From: Gammaproteobacteria bacterium
GTDB lineage: Bacteria > Pseudomonadota > Gammaproteobacteria > CBDBNL01 > JAAOII01
Length of the DNA stretch: 64,000 nucleotides
Assembly: GCA_965209035.1 (NCBI GenBank)
Contig: OZ242372.1
Location: forward strand, 1,952,001-2,016,000
Reading direction: 5' to 3'
The notes under the pieces are model-generated. The model had not been told where the DNA came from. It did no database searches and saw only the letters and a program-made list of their open reading frames with translations. Below are positions 16,976-26,328 of this stretch, piece by piece. Position numbers and translations under genes: made by a program. Every line of letters starts with the position of its first letter. Position 1 is the first letter of the stretch.

Positions 16976-18317
16976 TCCCAATACAAAAGAAGTGCGCCGG
17001 GATATTCTTAAGATCCTTAATAGTGGCTCTTTTGATGAGATACGGCACATTTTGAACGAGGAGATTCATCCGGTGGATGTGGCGCGGTTGCTTGAGGCAT
17101 CCCCGCCGGACGAACGCAGTATTCTTTGGAGTTTGATTGATCCCAAAAGCAGCGGTCAGGTCCTGCAAGATATGGACGACGATGTGCGCGAGGATATTTT
17201 GCATTCGCTGGCACCCGAAGAGATTGCCGAGACGATTGAAGAACTCAGCGATGACGACATCACCGATATTCTGCAGCAATTACCGGAGCGCATCATTCGC
17301 GAGGTGATGCGGCAAATGGAAACGGGAGACAGACGGCGCATTAAGAAACTTCTCGATTATCCCGAAGGGACGGCGGGGGCATTGATGACAACCGAAGTTC
17401 TTACGGTGCGACCCAATATCACGCTGGAAGTGGCGATGCGTTATGTGCGCCGTTCCGAACAACCGATTAAGACCGGTTCGGGGAAACTGGCGGTGACCGA
17501 CATGAATAGTAAGTTGTTGGGAATGCTGCCGTTGAGTGTGTTGGTGCAGAATTTGCCGTCCAAACGGGTTACCGAGGTAATGGATAAGGAGCCGGTGACT
17601 CTGCACCCAACGGACAGTGACGAAAAGGTGATTAGTGTTTTTGAGCGTTATAACATGGTCTCGGTTCCCGTGACAGACCGCCGAAAGAAGTTTTTGGGAT
17701 TAATTACGGTGGACGATGTGTTGGATACGGTATTGCGGCGCAGCGGTAAGATTGTTTTGGGCGGTGCCGGTGCGGCGGAAGAGGATACTTTTGCGCCGAT
17801 TAAAAAGGTGGGCGGCAGGCGTGCGCTTTGGTTGGGGCTGAACTTGGTGACCGTGTTTGCGGCTTCTTTTTTTATAGGGATCTTTGAAGGGACTCTGGAC
17901 GAGGTGGTTGCTCTGGCAATCTTGATGCCCGTGGTGGCGAATATGGGCGGTGTTGCCGGCTTACAGTCCATGACGATTATGGTGCGCGCTCAGGCTTTGG
18001 GGCGTGTCAATGCTTCCAACTTTTCTTGGTTATTTATGCGAGAGAGCGGTCTGGGGATGCTCAACGGCATTCTGTGGGCGTTTGTTGCCGGCCTCATCGC
18101 CCTGTGGTGGTTTGAGAATGTTCTCGTGGTGGTCGCGTTAGTGCTGGGGTTAATCATTAATATGTCAATGGGTTGTATTCTGGGTGTGACCATTCCTCTG
18201 GTATTGGCAAAAAGCAAGGTAGATCCCGCGGATGCCGGCGGCGTGTTTTTGACAACTCTGACGGATATCGTGGGGTTTACGGTCTTTTTGGGATTGGCGG
18301 CGCTTTTATATGTCTGA
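16968..18317 (+). CDS. mgtE: Magnesium transporter MgtE
   Basis: N-domain, CBS pair (TAGALMT; GLITVDDV), TM motifs MGGVAGLQS and DPA...TTLTD. Confidence 0.95.
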   Translation: MADPNTKEVRRDILKILNSGSFDEIRHILNEEIHPVDVARLLEASPPDERSILWSLIDPKSSGQVLQDMDDDVREDILHSLAPEEIAETIEELSDDDITDILQQLPERIIREVMRQMETGDRRRIKKLLDYPEGTAGALMTTEVLTVRPNITLEVAMRYVRRSEQPIKTGSGKLAVTDMNSKLLGMLPLSVLVQNLPSKRVTEVMDKEPVTLHPTDSDEKVISVFERYNMVSVPVTDRRKKFLGLITVDDVLDTVLRRSGKIVLGGAGAAEEDTFAPIKKVGGRRALWLGLNLVTVFAASFFIGIFEGTLDEVVALAILMPVVANMGGVAGLQSMTIMVRAQALGRVNASNFSWLFMRESGLGMLNGILWAFVAGLIALWWFENVLVVVALVLGLIINMSMGCILGVTIPLVLAKSKVDPADAGGVFLTTLTDIVGFTVFLGLAALLYV

Positions 18318-19620
18318 TTCTCCCGTTAGCCCGGCTGCCTTGAGCCGGTTTGCCCGCGCCCAAAAAGTGATCCCCGGCGGGGTGAACTCGCCGGTGCGCG
18401 CATTCAAGTCGGTCGGCGGGACGCCGCCGTTCATTGCCCGGGCGGAAGGTCCTTTTTTGTTTGACGAGGATGGCAAGACCTACACGGATTTTGTTTGCTC
18501 CTGGGGAGCGATGCTTCTGGGGCATGCGGACACAGAGGTGAGTCGGGTGATCGCCGCGGCGGCCGGCAGGGGGCTTTCCTATGGTGCGCCGACTGTGACA
18601 GAAATTGAGATGGCGGAAAAGATCTGCGCGATGGTGCCTTCGGCGGAGATGGTGCGGATGGTGAATTCCGGCACCGAGGCGACCATGAGTGCCTTGCGTT
18701 TGGCGCGTGCTTGGAAGGGCAGAGACGAGATTGTTAAGTTTACCGGCTGCTACCACGGACACAGTGACTCCTTGTTGGCGGGTGCCGGTTCCGGTTTGTT
18801 GACTCTGTCCATTGCTTCTTCGCCGGGTGTGCCGGCGGCGATGATCAAAAACACACATAATCTGCCGTTTAACAATTGCCAAACACTGCGCGAGTATTTT
18901 GCCCGACTGGGTGACAAGACGGCGGCGGTTATTTTGGAGCCCATGGCGGGCAATATGAACTTTGTACCCGCGGATGCGGAATTTTTGCATTGTGCGCGCG
19001 AACTGTGCGACAAACACGGCAGTCTTCTTATCTTTGACGAGGTGATGACCGGCTTTCGCGTGGCACGCGGCGGCGCCCAATCGCATTACAAGGTGCTGCC
19101 GGATTTAACCTGTTGGGGCAAGGTGATAGGCGGTGGCTTGCCGATTGGGGCTTTCGGCGGGCGCGCGGAGATCATGCGGAACCTGGCACCGGAGGGGAAG
19201 GTGTATCAAGCGGGGACTCTTGCCGGTAATCCGGCGGTGATGGCGGTCGGGCTGCATATTCTGGGACGATTGGATGACGATGCCTTTTATGCCGACTTGC
19301 ATAAACGCACCGCCGGGTTTGCGCAGCGATTAACCGGGGCAGCCGAAAAGGCTGGGGTCCGGGTGGCTGCGCGCGCCCATGGCGGGATGCTGGGATTTTA
19401 TTGCGGGAATACGGAGTTCCCCCGCAATTTTGAAGAAGTATCGGCGTTGGATGTCCGTTTGTTTGCCAAGATATTCCATCTCTTGTTGGAGCGAGGGATT
19501 CATATGCCGCCTTCGGCTTACGAGGCATTTTTTGTTTCCGCCGCCCATACAGACGAGGTGTTGGAAGAGGCGGCGGAAACATTTGCCGCCGTGTTTGAAT
19601 TGTTGTCTCCAAAAAATTAA
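18310..19620 (+). CDS. hemL: Glutamate-1-semialdehyde 2,1-aminomutase
   Basis: IPGGVNSPVRAF, NSGTEATM, FDEVMTGFR, GKVIGGGLP, YQAGTLAGNP. Confidence 0.97.
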   Translation: MSDSPVSPAALSRFARAQKVIPGGVNSPVRAFKSVGGTPPFIARAEGPFLFDEDGKTYTDFVCSWGAMLLGHADTEVSRVIAAAAGRGLSYGAPTVTEIEMAEKICAMVPSAEMVRMVNSGTEATMSALRLARAWKGRDEIVKFTGCYHGHSDSLLAGAGSGLLTLSIASSPGVPAAMIKNTHNLPFNNCQTLREYFARLGDKTAAVILEPMAGNMNFVPADAEFLHCARELCDKHGSLLIFDEVMTGFRVARGGAQSHYKVLPDLTCWGKVIGGGLPIGAFGGRAEIMRNLAPEGKVYQAGTLAGNPAVMAVGLHILGRLDDDAFYADLHKRTAGFAQRLTGAAEKAGVRVAARAHGGMLGFYCGNTEFPRNFEEVSALDVRLFAKIFHLLLERGIHMPPSAYEAFFVSAAHTDEVLEEAAETFAAVFELLSPKN

Positions 19621-19654
19621 GACTTCAAAACAAACCGGGAACATCAATGATTAA

Positions 19655-20878
19655 TTGTTACTATCACAGAGGATGTTTGAGTTAGACATTACCGCCATTA
19701 AGGAGCATTTTAATAAGATCAATAATGACTCCTCTCATTTTGTTAATTCCAACGATATATGTACTCCTATGGATTGCGTCATAGATATGGTCGATACTGT
19801 CCCCAAATCTTTTTGGGCGAAAAAAGACATTAGAGTATTGGATAGTTGTTGCGGGAACGGCAATTTTCATGCTTACATTGAAACTAAAACTCCTTTGGAA
19901 AACTTGTACTTTAACGAGATCAATGAAAAAAGAATTGCCAATTTACATCGGTATTTCGACCGCAAGATCAATTTTACGCGTAAAGATTTTCTGTCCTTTA
20001 ATGAGACGGAACATTATGATATGGTTGTATCCAACCCGCCTTATGCCTTATTCAGTAATGAAAAGCGCGCCTCCAAGAATCATAACCTGGCAAGAAGTTT
20101 TATACATAAGGCGTTGGATATCACAAAAAAGGGAGGGTATATCTTATTTATAGTTCCCAATAATTGGATGAGTTACTCCGATAGAAATACGCTTCCCGAA
20201 AGGATGAGCCGGTATCAATTTATACATCTTAATATTCACGGGGCAAAGAAATATTTTCCCAAGGTGGGTTCTTCGTTCACTTGGTTTTTATTGCAGAAAA
20301 CTCCCAACAGGCGCGAGTTCACCATTGAAAATAATTATGTTGTTAAAAATACTAAAAAAGTTTTTTTGAGCAAAGGGATCCATTTTATTCCGTTGTATTA
20401 CGACAATCTTGTCAAGAGTATCATTGAAAAAGTGGTATATACCGATCACCCCAAGTACCGGGTGGAAACTTCAAGTGATCTGCATAGGACGACGAGGGGA
20501 GATTTATTATCCAAGGACCCCACTCAAAATCATTTATATAAATTGATACATACGCCGACACAAACTATTTGGAGTCAACGCCCGCATAAGTATCAGGCCG
20601 GGGTCAAGGTTTTTATTTCGTTAACCAATCAATATCAATTATTTATTGATGACTGTGGCATGACACAGAGTATCGCGTTTATTCGGTGTCGCAATCAAAA
20701 AGAGGCGGAGTTGATCAGGCGCGAATTGAATAGCCCCGTTTATCGGTTTGTCAATAATATTACTCGGTATGGTAATTTTAATAATATTCGGGTTTTACAG
20801 AACTTGTCGTTACTTTCCACTGTTGCATTGTCAGCCGAAGAAACGGACTTTATCACTCATTTCAATGAATGCTACTAA
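19655..20878 (+). CDS. N6-adenine DNA methyltransferase, M.Hpy188I-like (alternative ATG at 19673)
   Basis: Motif I LDSCCGNGNF precedes motif IV SNPPY; AT-rich; overlaps the downstream REase start. Confidence 0.88.
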   Translation: MLLSQRMFELDITAIKEHFNKINNDSSHFVNSNDICTPMDCVIDMVDTVPKSFWAKKDIRVLDSCCGNGNFHAYIETKTPLENLYFNEINEKRIANLHRYFDRKINFTRKDFLSFNETEHYDMVVSNPPYALFSNEKRASKNHNLARSFIHKALDITKKGGYILFIVPNNWMSYSDRNTLPERMSRYQFIHLNIHGAKKYFPKVGSSFTWFLLQKTPNRREFTIENNYVVKNTKKVFLSKGIHFIPLYYDNLVKSIIEKVVYTDHPKYRVETSSDLHRTTRGDLLSKDPTQNHLYKLIHTPTQTIWSQRPHKYQAGVKVFISLTNQYQLFIDDCGMTQSIAFIRCRNQKEAELIRRELNSPVYRFVNNITRYGNFNNIRVLQNLSLLSTVALSAEETDFITHFNECY

Positions 20879-21386
20879 GAAGAACCGCAATATCGTCTTG
20901 CTGAAGAGTGTGGATGAATTAAGCGGTGAGATCAATTATCAAAATTTTATGCGTAAAGATGACTTTACCCACATAGCCGACATAGTACCCAATGCGGAGT
21001 TCGAAAAATTGGACATAAAGTTTGTGGATGAAAAATATGAGAATATAGAAGGATTAATTTATGTATTCGTCATAGAGGATAAAATATTTAAGATTGGACA
21101 AACTATAGGGACTTTGGGAAGTAGGGTATCTTCTTATAACTGCGGTAAGACTGAGTATAGAATAGCCGGGACAAATTCTACAACAAATTACTTTGTCCTG
21201 CAATCATTAATCAAGATAGGCAAGACAGTAAAGGTATACGGACACTTTGCGAGTAAACAAGAATATAAAATTTGGGATGAAGAGGGTGAGGATTGTTTTC
21301 CCTCTGTCAAGGTCATTGAAAAAAAGTTGATACGGGATTTTAGTGCAAAGTATCATAAAAAGCCGATCGGGAATACGCAAAAATAG
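20865..21386 (+). CDS. GIY-YIG type II restriction endonuclease, R.Hpy188I-like, copy 1
   Basis: GLIYVFVIEDKIFKIG, SYNCGK.EYR..GT.STTNYFVLQSL, C-terminal KKPIGNTQ. Recognised from memory of R.Hpy188I; ~173 aa. Confidence 0.85.
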   Translation: MNATKKNRNIVLLKSVDELSGEINYQNFMRKDDFTHIADIVPNAEFEKLDIKFVDEKYENIEGLIYVFVIEDKIFKIGQTIGTLGSRVSSYNCGKTEYRIAGTNSTTNYFVLQSLIKIGKTVKVYGHFASKQEYKIWDEEGEDCFPSVKVIEKKLIRDFSAKYHKKPIGNTQK

Positions 21387-21663
21387 GATCGAGAAAAACT
21401 AAGAGGGTTTGTGTTTTATCTTATGACTTCGCATTTCATATTTCACGGGGTCCGTCCAATCTGTCGGAGTGCCAAAAAAACGGCAGCCGTATCGGGTAAC
21501 GCCCGGAAATGAAAGACAAGATGCTTCAAAATGCCACAAAATGTAACAAAATGCCACGATGTGATGTCAATTACTCTGTCAGCCACCGGATTTTTATTTA
21601 ACGAAGCAAAGGGTTGGATAGTATAGTGGTTGCGGGAAGAGGAACTTGTATGTTTAAATTTCA

Positions 21664-22188
21664 ATGAATGCTGCCAAGAAGAACCGCAACGATGCCTTCC
21701 TGAGGAGTGTGGATGAATTAAGCGGTGAGATTAATTACAAAAAATTTATGTATAGAGATCGATTTGATCACATAGCCGACATACTACCCAATGCGGAGCA
21801 CGAAAAATTGGATATAAAGTTTGTGGATGAAAAATATAAAAAATTAAAAGGATGGGTTTATGTATTCGTCATTGAGGGTAAGATATTTAAGATTGGACAA
21901 ACCATTAGGACTTTGAAAGACAGAATATCTTCTTATAACAGTGGCAAGGCCGAATATAGAGAACAGCAGGGGACAAACTCTACAACAAACTACTTTGTTC
22001 TGCAATCATTAATCAAAATAGGCAAGCCAGTAAAGGCGTACGGATATTTTGCTCATAAAGAAAAATACGAACTTTGGGGTGAGACGGGTAAGGATTCTTT
22101 TCCCTCAGCCAAAGTCATTGAAAAAAGGGTGATACGGGATTTTGTTAAAAAGCATCATAAAAAACCGATTGGGAATAGCCAAAGATAG
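21664..22188 (+). CDS. GIY-YIG restriction endonuclease, R.Hpy188I-like, copy 2 (diverged paralog)
   Basis: Colinear with 20865-21386 over the full length; GWVYVFVIEGKIFKIG. Confidence 0.85.
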   Translation: MNAAKKNRNDAFLRSVDELSGEINYKKFMYRDRFDHIADILPNAEHEKLDIKFVDEKYKKLKGWVYVFVIEGKIFKIGQTIRTLKDRISSYNSGKAEYREQQGTNSTTNYFVLQSLIKIGKPVKAYGYFAHKEKYELWGETGKDSFPSAKVIEKRVIRDFVKKHHKKPIGNSQR

Positions 22189-22365
22189 GATTGAGAAACC
22201 CCGGGGCTTGCGTTTTTGGTTTCGCATTTCGTATTTCAAGCTCCTCGTCCAATCCGTTGAAATGCCAAAAATGACAGCCGTATCGGGTAACGCCCGGCAA
22301 TTAGATACCGAGCACTTCCGGGATACCCGGTTGGTTTGGAGTTTTAAGCCGGGAGAGTTAGAGTT

Positions 22366-23217
22366 CTACTTAATCCCGTTTAGGATATTATCCAGCAGGC
22401 GCACCGGCAGGATGCGCCGCAGATACCAGAACAGGACGGACGGAAAGGTAATTCTGTAACGGCTCTTGGGGTTGCGGCTGTGCAAGGCCCTCAGAACGGC
22501 ACGGTTCACCGCTTCGGGTCCCAGCGTGAAGGGTGCGCTTTTGTTCTTGTTACGCAGATATCCGGCTTCTTCTTTGAGGTACTCCTGTTCGTGCAGACTT
22601 TCCGCCGGCTTGATCCATTTTTTGTATGCCAGATAGGCGTTTTTGCGAAAGTCCGAAGTGATGGGACCCGGCTCTATGAGGATCACGCGGATAGAACTGT
22701 CGCGCAATTCCAGACGCATGCCGTCGGCAAAACTTTCCAAAGCGTATTTGGTCGCGCAATAGGAGACTCTGTTTTTGAGAGTCACATAACCAAGAACCGA
22801 AGAGTTGTATAGAATCCGCCCCGGGATCTCGTGCCGGCGCATATGGCGGACGACCAGATTCGTGAGTTCTTGGGTGCCGAACACATTGGATTCAAAAATA
22901 GCGCGCAGGGCATCCCTGCCGGTGTCTTCCAATCGTCCGCCCATTCCCCAGCCGGCGTTGTTGAACAGAGCGTCCAGACGGCTGCCACTTTTTTGGGTTT
23001 GGGCAAGAGCCCATTCAAAACCGCGGCGAATACTCGCCGAATCGTCCAGGTCCAATTGCTCCGCATTCCAACCTTCGTTACGCAGTCTTGCCACATCGCT
23101 TGGTTTGCGGGCTGTGGGAAGAACATTCCAATGATGTTCCTTTAAACACCGGGCTGCGGCCAGCCCTATACCGCTTGAACAGCCGGTGATGAGTATTGCC
23201 CGGTTAGGCTTGTTCAA
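22366..23217 (-). CDS. SDR family oxidoreductase (YbbO-like)
   Basis: ITGCSSGIG, NNAG, YCATK, IEPGPI. Confidence 0.9.
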   Translation of the reverse strand: MNKPNRAILITGCSSGIGLAAARCLKEHHWNVLPTARKPSDVARLRNEGWNAEQLDLDDSASIRRGFEWALAQTQKSGSRLDALFNNAGWGMGGRLEDTGRDALRAIFESNVFGTQELTNLVVRHMRRHEIPGRILYNSSVLGYVTLKNRVSYCATKYALESFADGMRLELRDSSIRVILIEPGPITSDFRKNAYLAYKKWIKPAESLHEQEYLKEEAGYLRNKNKSAPFTLGPEAVNRAVLRALHSRNPKSRYRITFPSVLFWYLRRILPVRLLDNILNGIK

Positions 23218-24208
23218 GATGGTTTTCTTTCATAGACTGCGAATCGCTGCCACCGATGACCACTTTGGATTCCAAGGCGAGTTTGCATCCTTTAAGCGCG
23301 CTGAGTTCCGTTTTGATGATGTAGGTGGGTATCTCGCGCATATAACCGTCAAATCGTCCCTTGCTGTCAAACCGGGCGCGCAGGGCACTTTTAACAAAAT
23401 AGTCCAAATTCTTTTGGACAATGCCGCCGCCGAGATAGATGCCACCGAAGGCGCCCAGCACCAATGCCAGGTCGCCGGCGATATCTCCCAGCGCGGAGGC
23501 GAACATATCCAGGGCTTCCATGCAAGATTCGCTTTGTTTGTTTAGAGCCCGACGGACAATTTCTTGGGCGTCCGTGGGTTGGATGGGATTTTCATTCAGG
23601 ACGCAGATTGCGCGGTAAAGCCGTTCCAGACCGCTGCCGGTCAGGATGCGCTCGGCGGATATGCGCGGCAATTCCCGGCGGATGATGCGGGCGACGGACC
23701 ACTCGCGTTCGGTTCTGGGAGCAAAAGAAATATGTCCGCCTTCGCCGGCAAGAGCCGTCCAATCGCTGCCGTTCCAGACGAGACCGGACATCCCCATGCC
23801 GGTGCCGGGCCCCAGTACGCCGATAGGATGAAAAGAACGACTTGTGCCGGAACCGAACTTAACATAGTCTTCTTCTTTGAGAAGGGGGACGGCCAACGCG
23901 AGAGCGGTGAAATCGTTGATGACGAGTAATCGTTTTAATTTAAGAGTCTGTTGGAGATTTTTTTTGTAAAACTGCCAGTTACTGTTGGTGAGTTGCACCA
24001 GTTGATTGTGTGCCGGGCAGGCAACCGCTATGCAGGCTTCTTCAACGCTTGCTTCGGCCTTTTGCAGATAGTGTTTTATGGCGTCGCCCGGTCTGGCGAA
24101 GTCGCGCACCGGCAAAATATGTTCGTTGAAGATCTTCTTGCCGTCTGTCAGGGCGAAGCGGGCGTTGGTCCCGCCTATGTCGGCAACCAAAGAGAGTGTT
24201 GCGGTCAT
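23204..24208 (-). CDS. glk: Glucokinase
   Basis: ADIGGTNARF, INDF, GPGTGMG, GEGGH, GIYLGGGI. Confidence 0.95.
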   Translation of the reverse strand: MTATLSLVADIGGTNARFALTDGKKIFNEHILPVRDFARPGDAIKHYLQKAEASVEEACIAVACPAHNQLVQLTNSNWQFYKKNLQQTLKLKRLLVINDFTALALAVPLLKEEDYVKFGSGTSRSFHPIGVLGPGTGMGMSGLVWNGSDWTALAGEGGHISFAPRTEREWSVARIIRRELPRISAERILTGSGLERLYRAICVLNENPIQPTDAQEIVRRALNKQSESCMEALDMFASALGDIAGDLALVLGAFGGIYLGGGIVQKNLDYFVKSALRARFDSKGRFDGYMREIPTYIIKTELSALKGCKLALESKVVIGGSDSQSMKENHLEQA

Positions 24209-25173
24209 TTTCCGAAGTTCAGGACTTCTTCCAGGGTGGGCGCGGAAGTGGCGGAGCCGCGACGCGTGGTGGAGATGGCGGCGGAGCGGTTGGCAAAATT
24301 GAGGAACTCTTCCAAATACAAAGAGACTTCTTGCGGGGCGATGTTTTTTTCCAGCATGGAAAACAGAAACGCGGCAATGAAAGTGTCGCCCGCCGCCGCC
24401 GTATCAATGGTGTTTCCTTTAATTCCCGGGATGTCAAACTTGTCTCCTTGTTCGGTGAAGGCGAGGCAGCCGTTCGATCCCCGTGTCAGGATCAGCAGGC
24501 GGCATTTCATTGCCAGTAGTTCAACTACCACTTCGTCCGGGCTGCGGTTTGGGAATAGTGTTTGCAATTCTATGTCCGACATTTTGATCAGGTCCGCAAG
24601 CGGGAAGAGTTCGCGCACTCTTTGAACCAAAAGTTGGCTGTCTTCCCATAAGACCGGGCGCAAATTGGGATCATAACTGACCGTCACCCCGTGCTTGACC
24701 GCCATTTCCATACCTGTGCGGGTGGATGCGTGGGATGCCGGCGTGACCTGGCAATTGGATCCGCAATGAAAATAGGCGGCATCGGCAAACCACTCATCCC
24801 GCCAATCTTTGGCGTGAAATGCCAAGTCGGCTGCCATCGCGGGATGACGGTAAAAATGAAAATCGCGCTCTCCCGATGCGTCGTGACTGACGAATGCCAG
24901 CGGAGTTGCCACCTCGTCCGATTGCAGACAACAGTCGGTGCGGACACCCGCCCGGCGCAGTTCGTCCAAAAGAAAATCGCCAAAGAAGTCCCGCCCAGTT
25001 TTGCCGACAAAGTAGGCGTCGCCGCCCAGTTTTGCCAGAGCCACCGCCACATTGGCGGGAGCACCGCCAAGAAATTTTTGGTAACATTCCAACTGCTCGC
25101 CGCCCTCGCTGATGTGCCGGGGGTGGAAGTCTATGAGAAGTTCGCCGAAGGAAAGAACCTTGCGAGAGGGCAT
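24205..25173 (-). CDS. PfkB family carbohydrate kinase (fructokinase-like)
   Basis: GGAPANVA, YDPNLR, DTAAAGDTF. Confidence 0.9.
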   Translation of the reverse strand: MPSRKVLSFGELLIDFHPRHISEGGEQLECYQKFLGGAPANVAVALAKLGGDAYFVGKTGRDFFGDFLLDELRRAGVRTDCCLQSDEVATPLAFVSHDASGERDFHFYRHPAMAADLAFHAKDWRDEWFADAAYFHCGSNCQVTPASHASTRTGMEMAVKHGVTVSYDPNLRPVLWEDSQLLVQRVRELFPLADLIKMSDIELQTLFPNRSPDEVVVELLAMKCRLLILTRGSNGCLAFTEQGDKFDIPGIKGNTIDTAAAGDTFIAAFLFSMLEKNIAPQEVSLYLEEFLNFANRSAAISTTRRGSATSAPTLEEVLNFGK

Positions 25174-25195
25174 GTTGTTTGTTTTTCCGGCTCTT

Positions 25196-26290
25196 TTATG
25201 TCAGGCAGGTTCCGTTCTTATCAAAGAAGTAGCAGTCGGTCGGTTGAATGTACAGGTTGATCTTGCGTTGGCTTTCTTTAAGATTATTTACCTGACAGGT
25301 GACCAGCGTGTCCACATTAATTTGGATATAGCCGTATGATGTGTTGCCGAGTGCCTCAATGGTGACCAATTCTCCTTTAAAAACGAGGGCATTCTTCTCG
25401 CCTCCCTCAACGGAAACGGATTCGGGGCGGACACCGAGGGTGACGGTTTCGCCTTTCTTCAATTTGCCGGGTTGGATGTTGCGTCCCGCGGGGAAGATCA
25501 CCCGGCTTTGACCGGGCACTTCCAAAGAGACGCTCTTGCCGGAGACATCGCCGATGCGACATTTGATGAAGTTCATTGCCGGCGAGCCGATGAATCCCGC
25601 CACGAACAGATTGCGGGGTCTTTCATAGAGTTCCAGCGGGGCGCCGATCTGCTCCACCTTGCCTTGGTTCAAAACGACGATGCGGTCGGCAAGCGTCATT
25701 GCTTCCACTTGGTCGTGTGTGACATAAATCATTGTAGTTTTAAGTTTTTGGTGCAGTTTGCTCATCTCAATACGCATCTGCACTCGCAGGGCGGCATCCA
25801 GGTTGGACAGAGGCTCGTCAAACAAAAAGATGTTCGGTTGGCGGACAATGGTTCTGCCGATAGCAACCCGTTGTCGCTGGCCGCCGGACAATTCTTTGGG
25901 CTTGTATTTCAAGAGATGATCGATCTGCAGGGTTTCGGCGGCGACTGTGACCCGTTGCCGGATATCCTCTTCGCTGACCTTGAGATTGCGCAGCCCGAAA
26001 GCCATATTTTCGTAAACATCCATATGCGGATACAAGGCATAGGATTGAAAGACCATAGCCACATTGCGTTTTACCGGCGGGACATCGTTCATCAGGGTGC
26101 CTTGCATCCGCAATTCGCCGGCGGTGATATCTTCCAGTCCGGCAATTAAGCGCAGGAGTGTGGATTTGCCGCAGCCGGAAGGACCGACAAAAACGATGAA
26201 CTCGCCTTTTTCCACCTCAAAGGATACATCTTTGATGATTTGGCTTGTGCCAAAGTGTTTGGAAACGGATACTAATTTAATGTGTGACAT
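25196..26290 (-). CDS. Sugar ABC transporter ATPase (MalK/UgpC family)
   Basis: GPSGCGKST, LSGGQRQR, DEPLSNLDA, TOBE-like tail. Confidence 0.95.
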   Translation of the reverse strand: MSHIKLVSVSKHFGTSQIIKDVSFEVEKGEFIVFVGPSGCGKSTLLRLIAGLEDITAGELRMQGTLMNDVPPVKRNVAMVFQSYALYPHMDVYENMAFGLRNLKVSEEDIRQRVTVAAETLQIDHLLKYKPKELSGGQRQRVAIGRTIVRQPNIFLFDEPLSNLDAALRVQMRIEMSKLHQKLKTTMIYVTHDQVEAMTLADRIVVLNQGKVEQIGAPLELYERPRNLFVAGFIGSPAMNFIKCRIGDVSGKSVSLEVPGQSRVIFPAGRNIQPGKLKKGETVTLGVRPESVSVEGGEKNALVFKGELVTIEALGNTSYGYIQINVDTLVTCQVNNLKESQRKINLYIQPTDCYFFDKNGTCLT

Positions 26291-26328
26291 AATTTTTTAT
26301 TCTTTTTTCTTTTATGATTTTGTATGAT

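Noticed and set aside
24666-24675. TGGGATCATA match to an IS end
   Set aside because: 10 nt inside the conserved YDPNLR codons of the PfkB kinase; chance.
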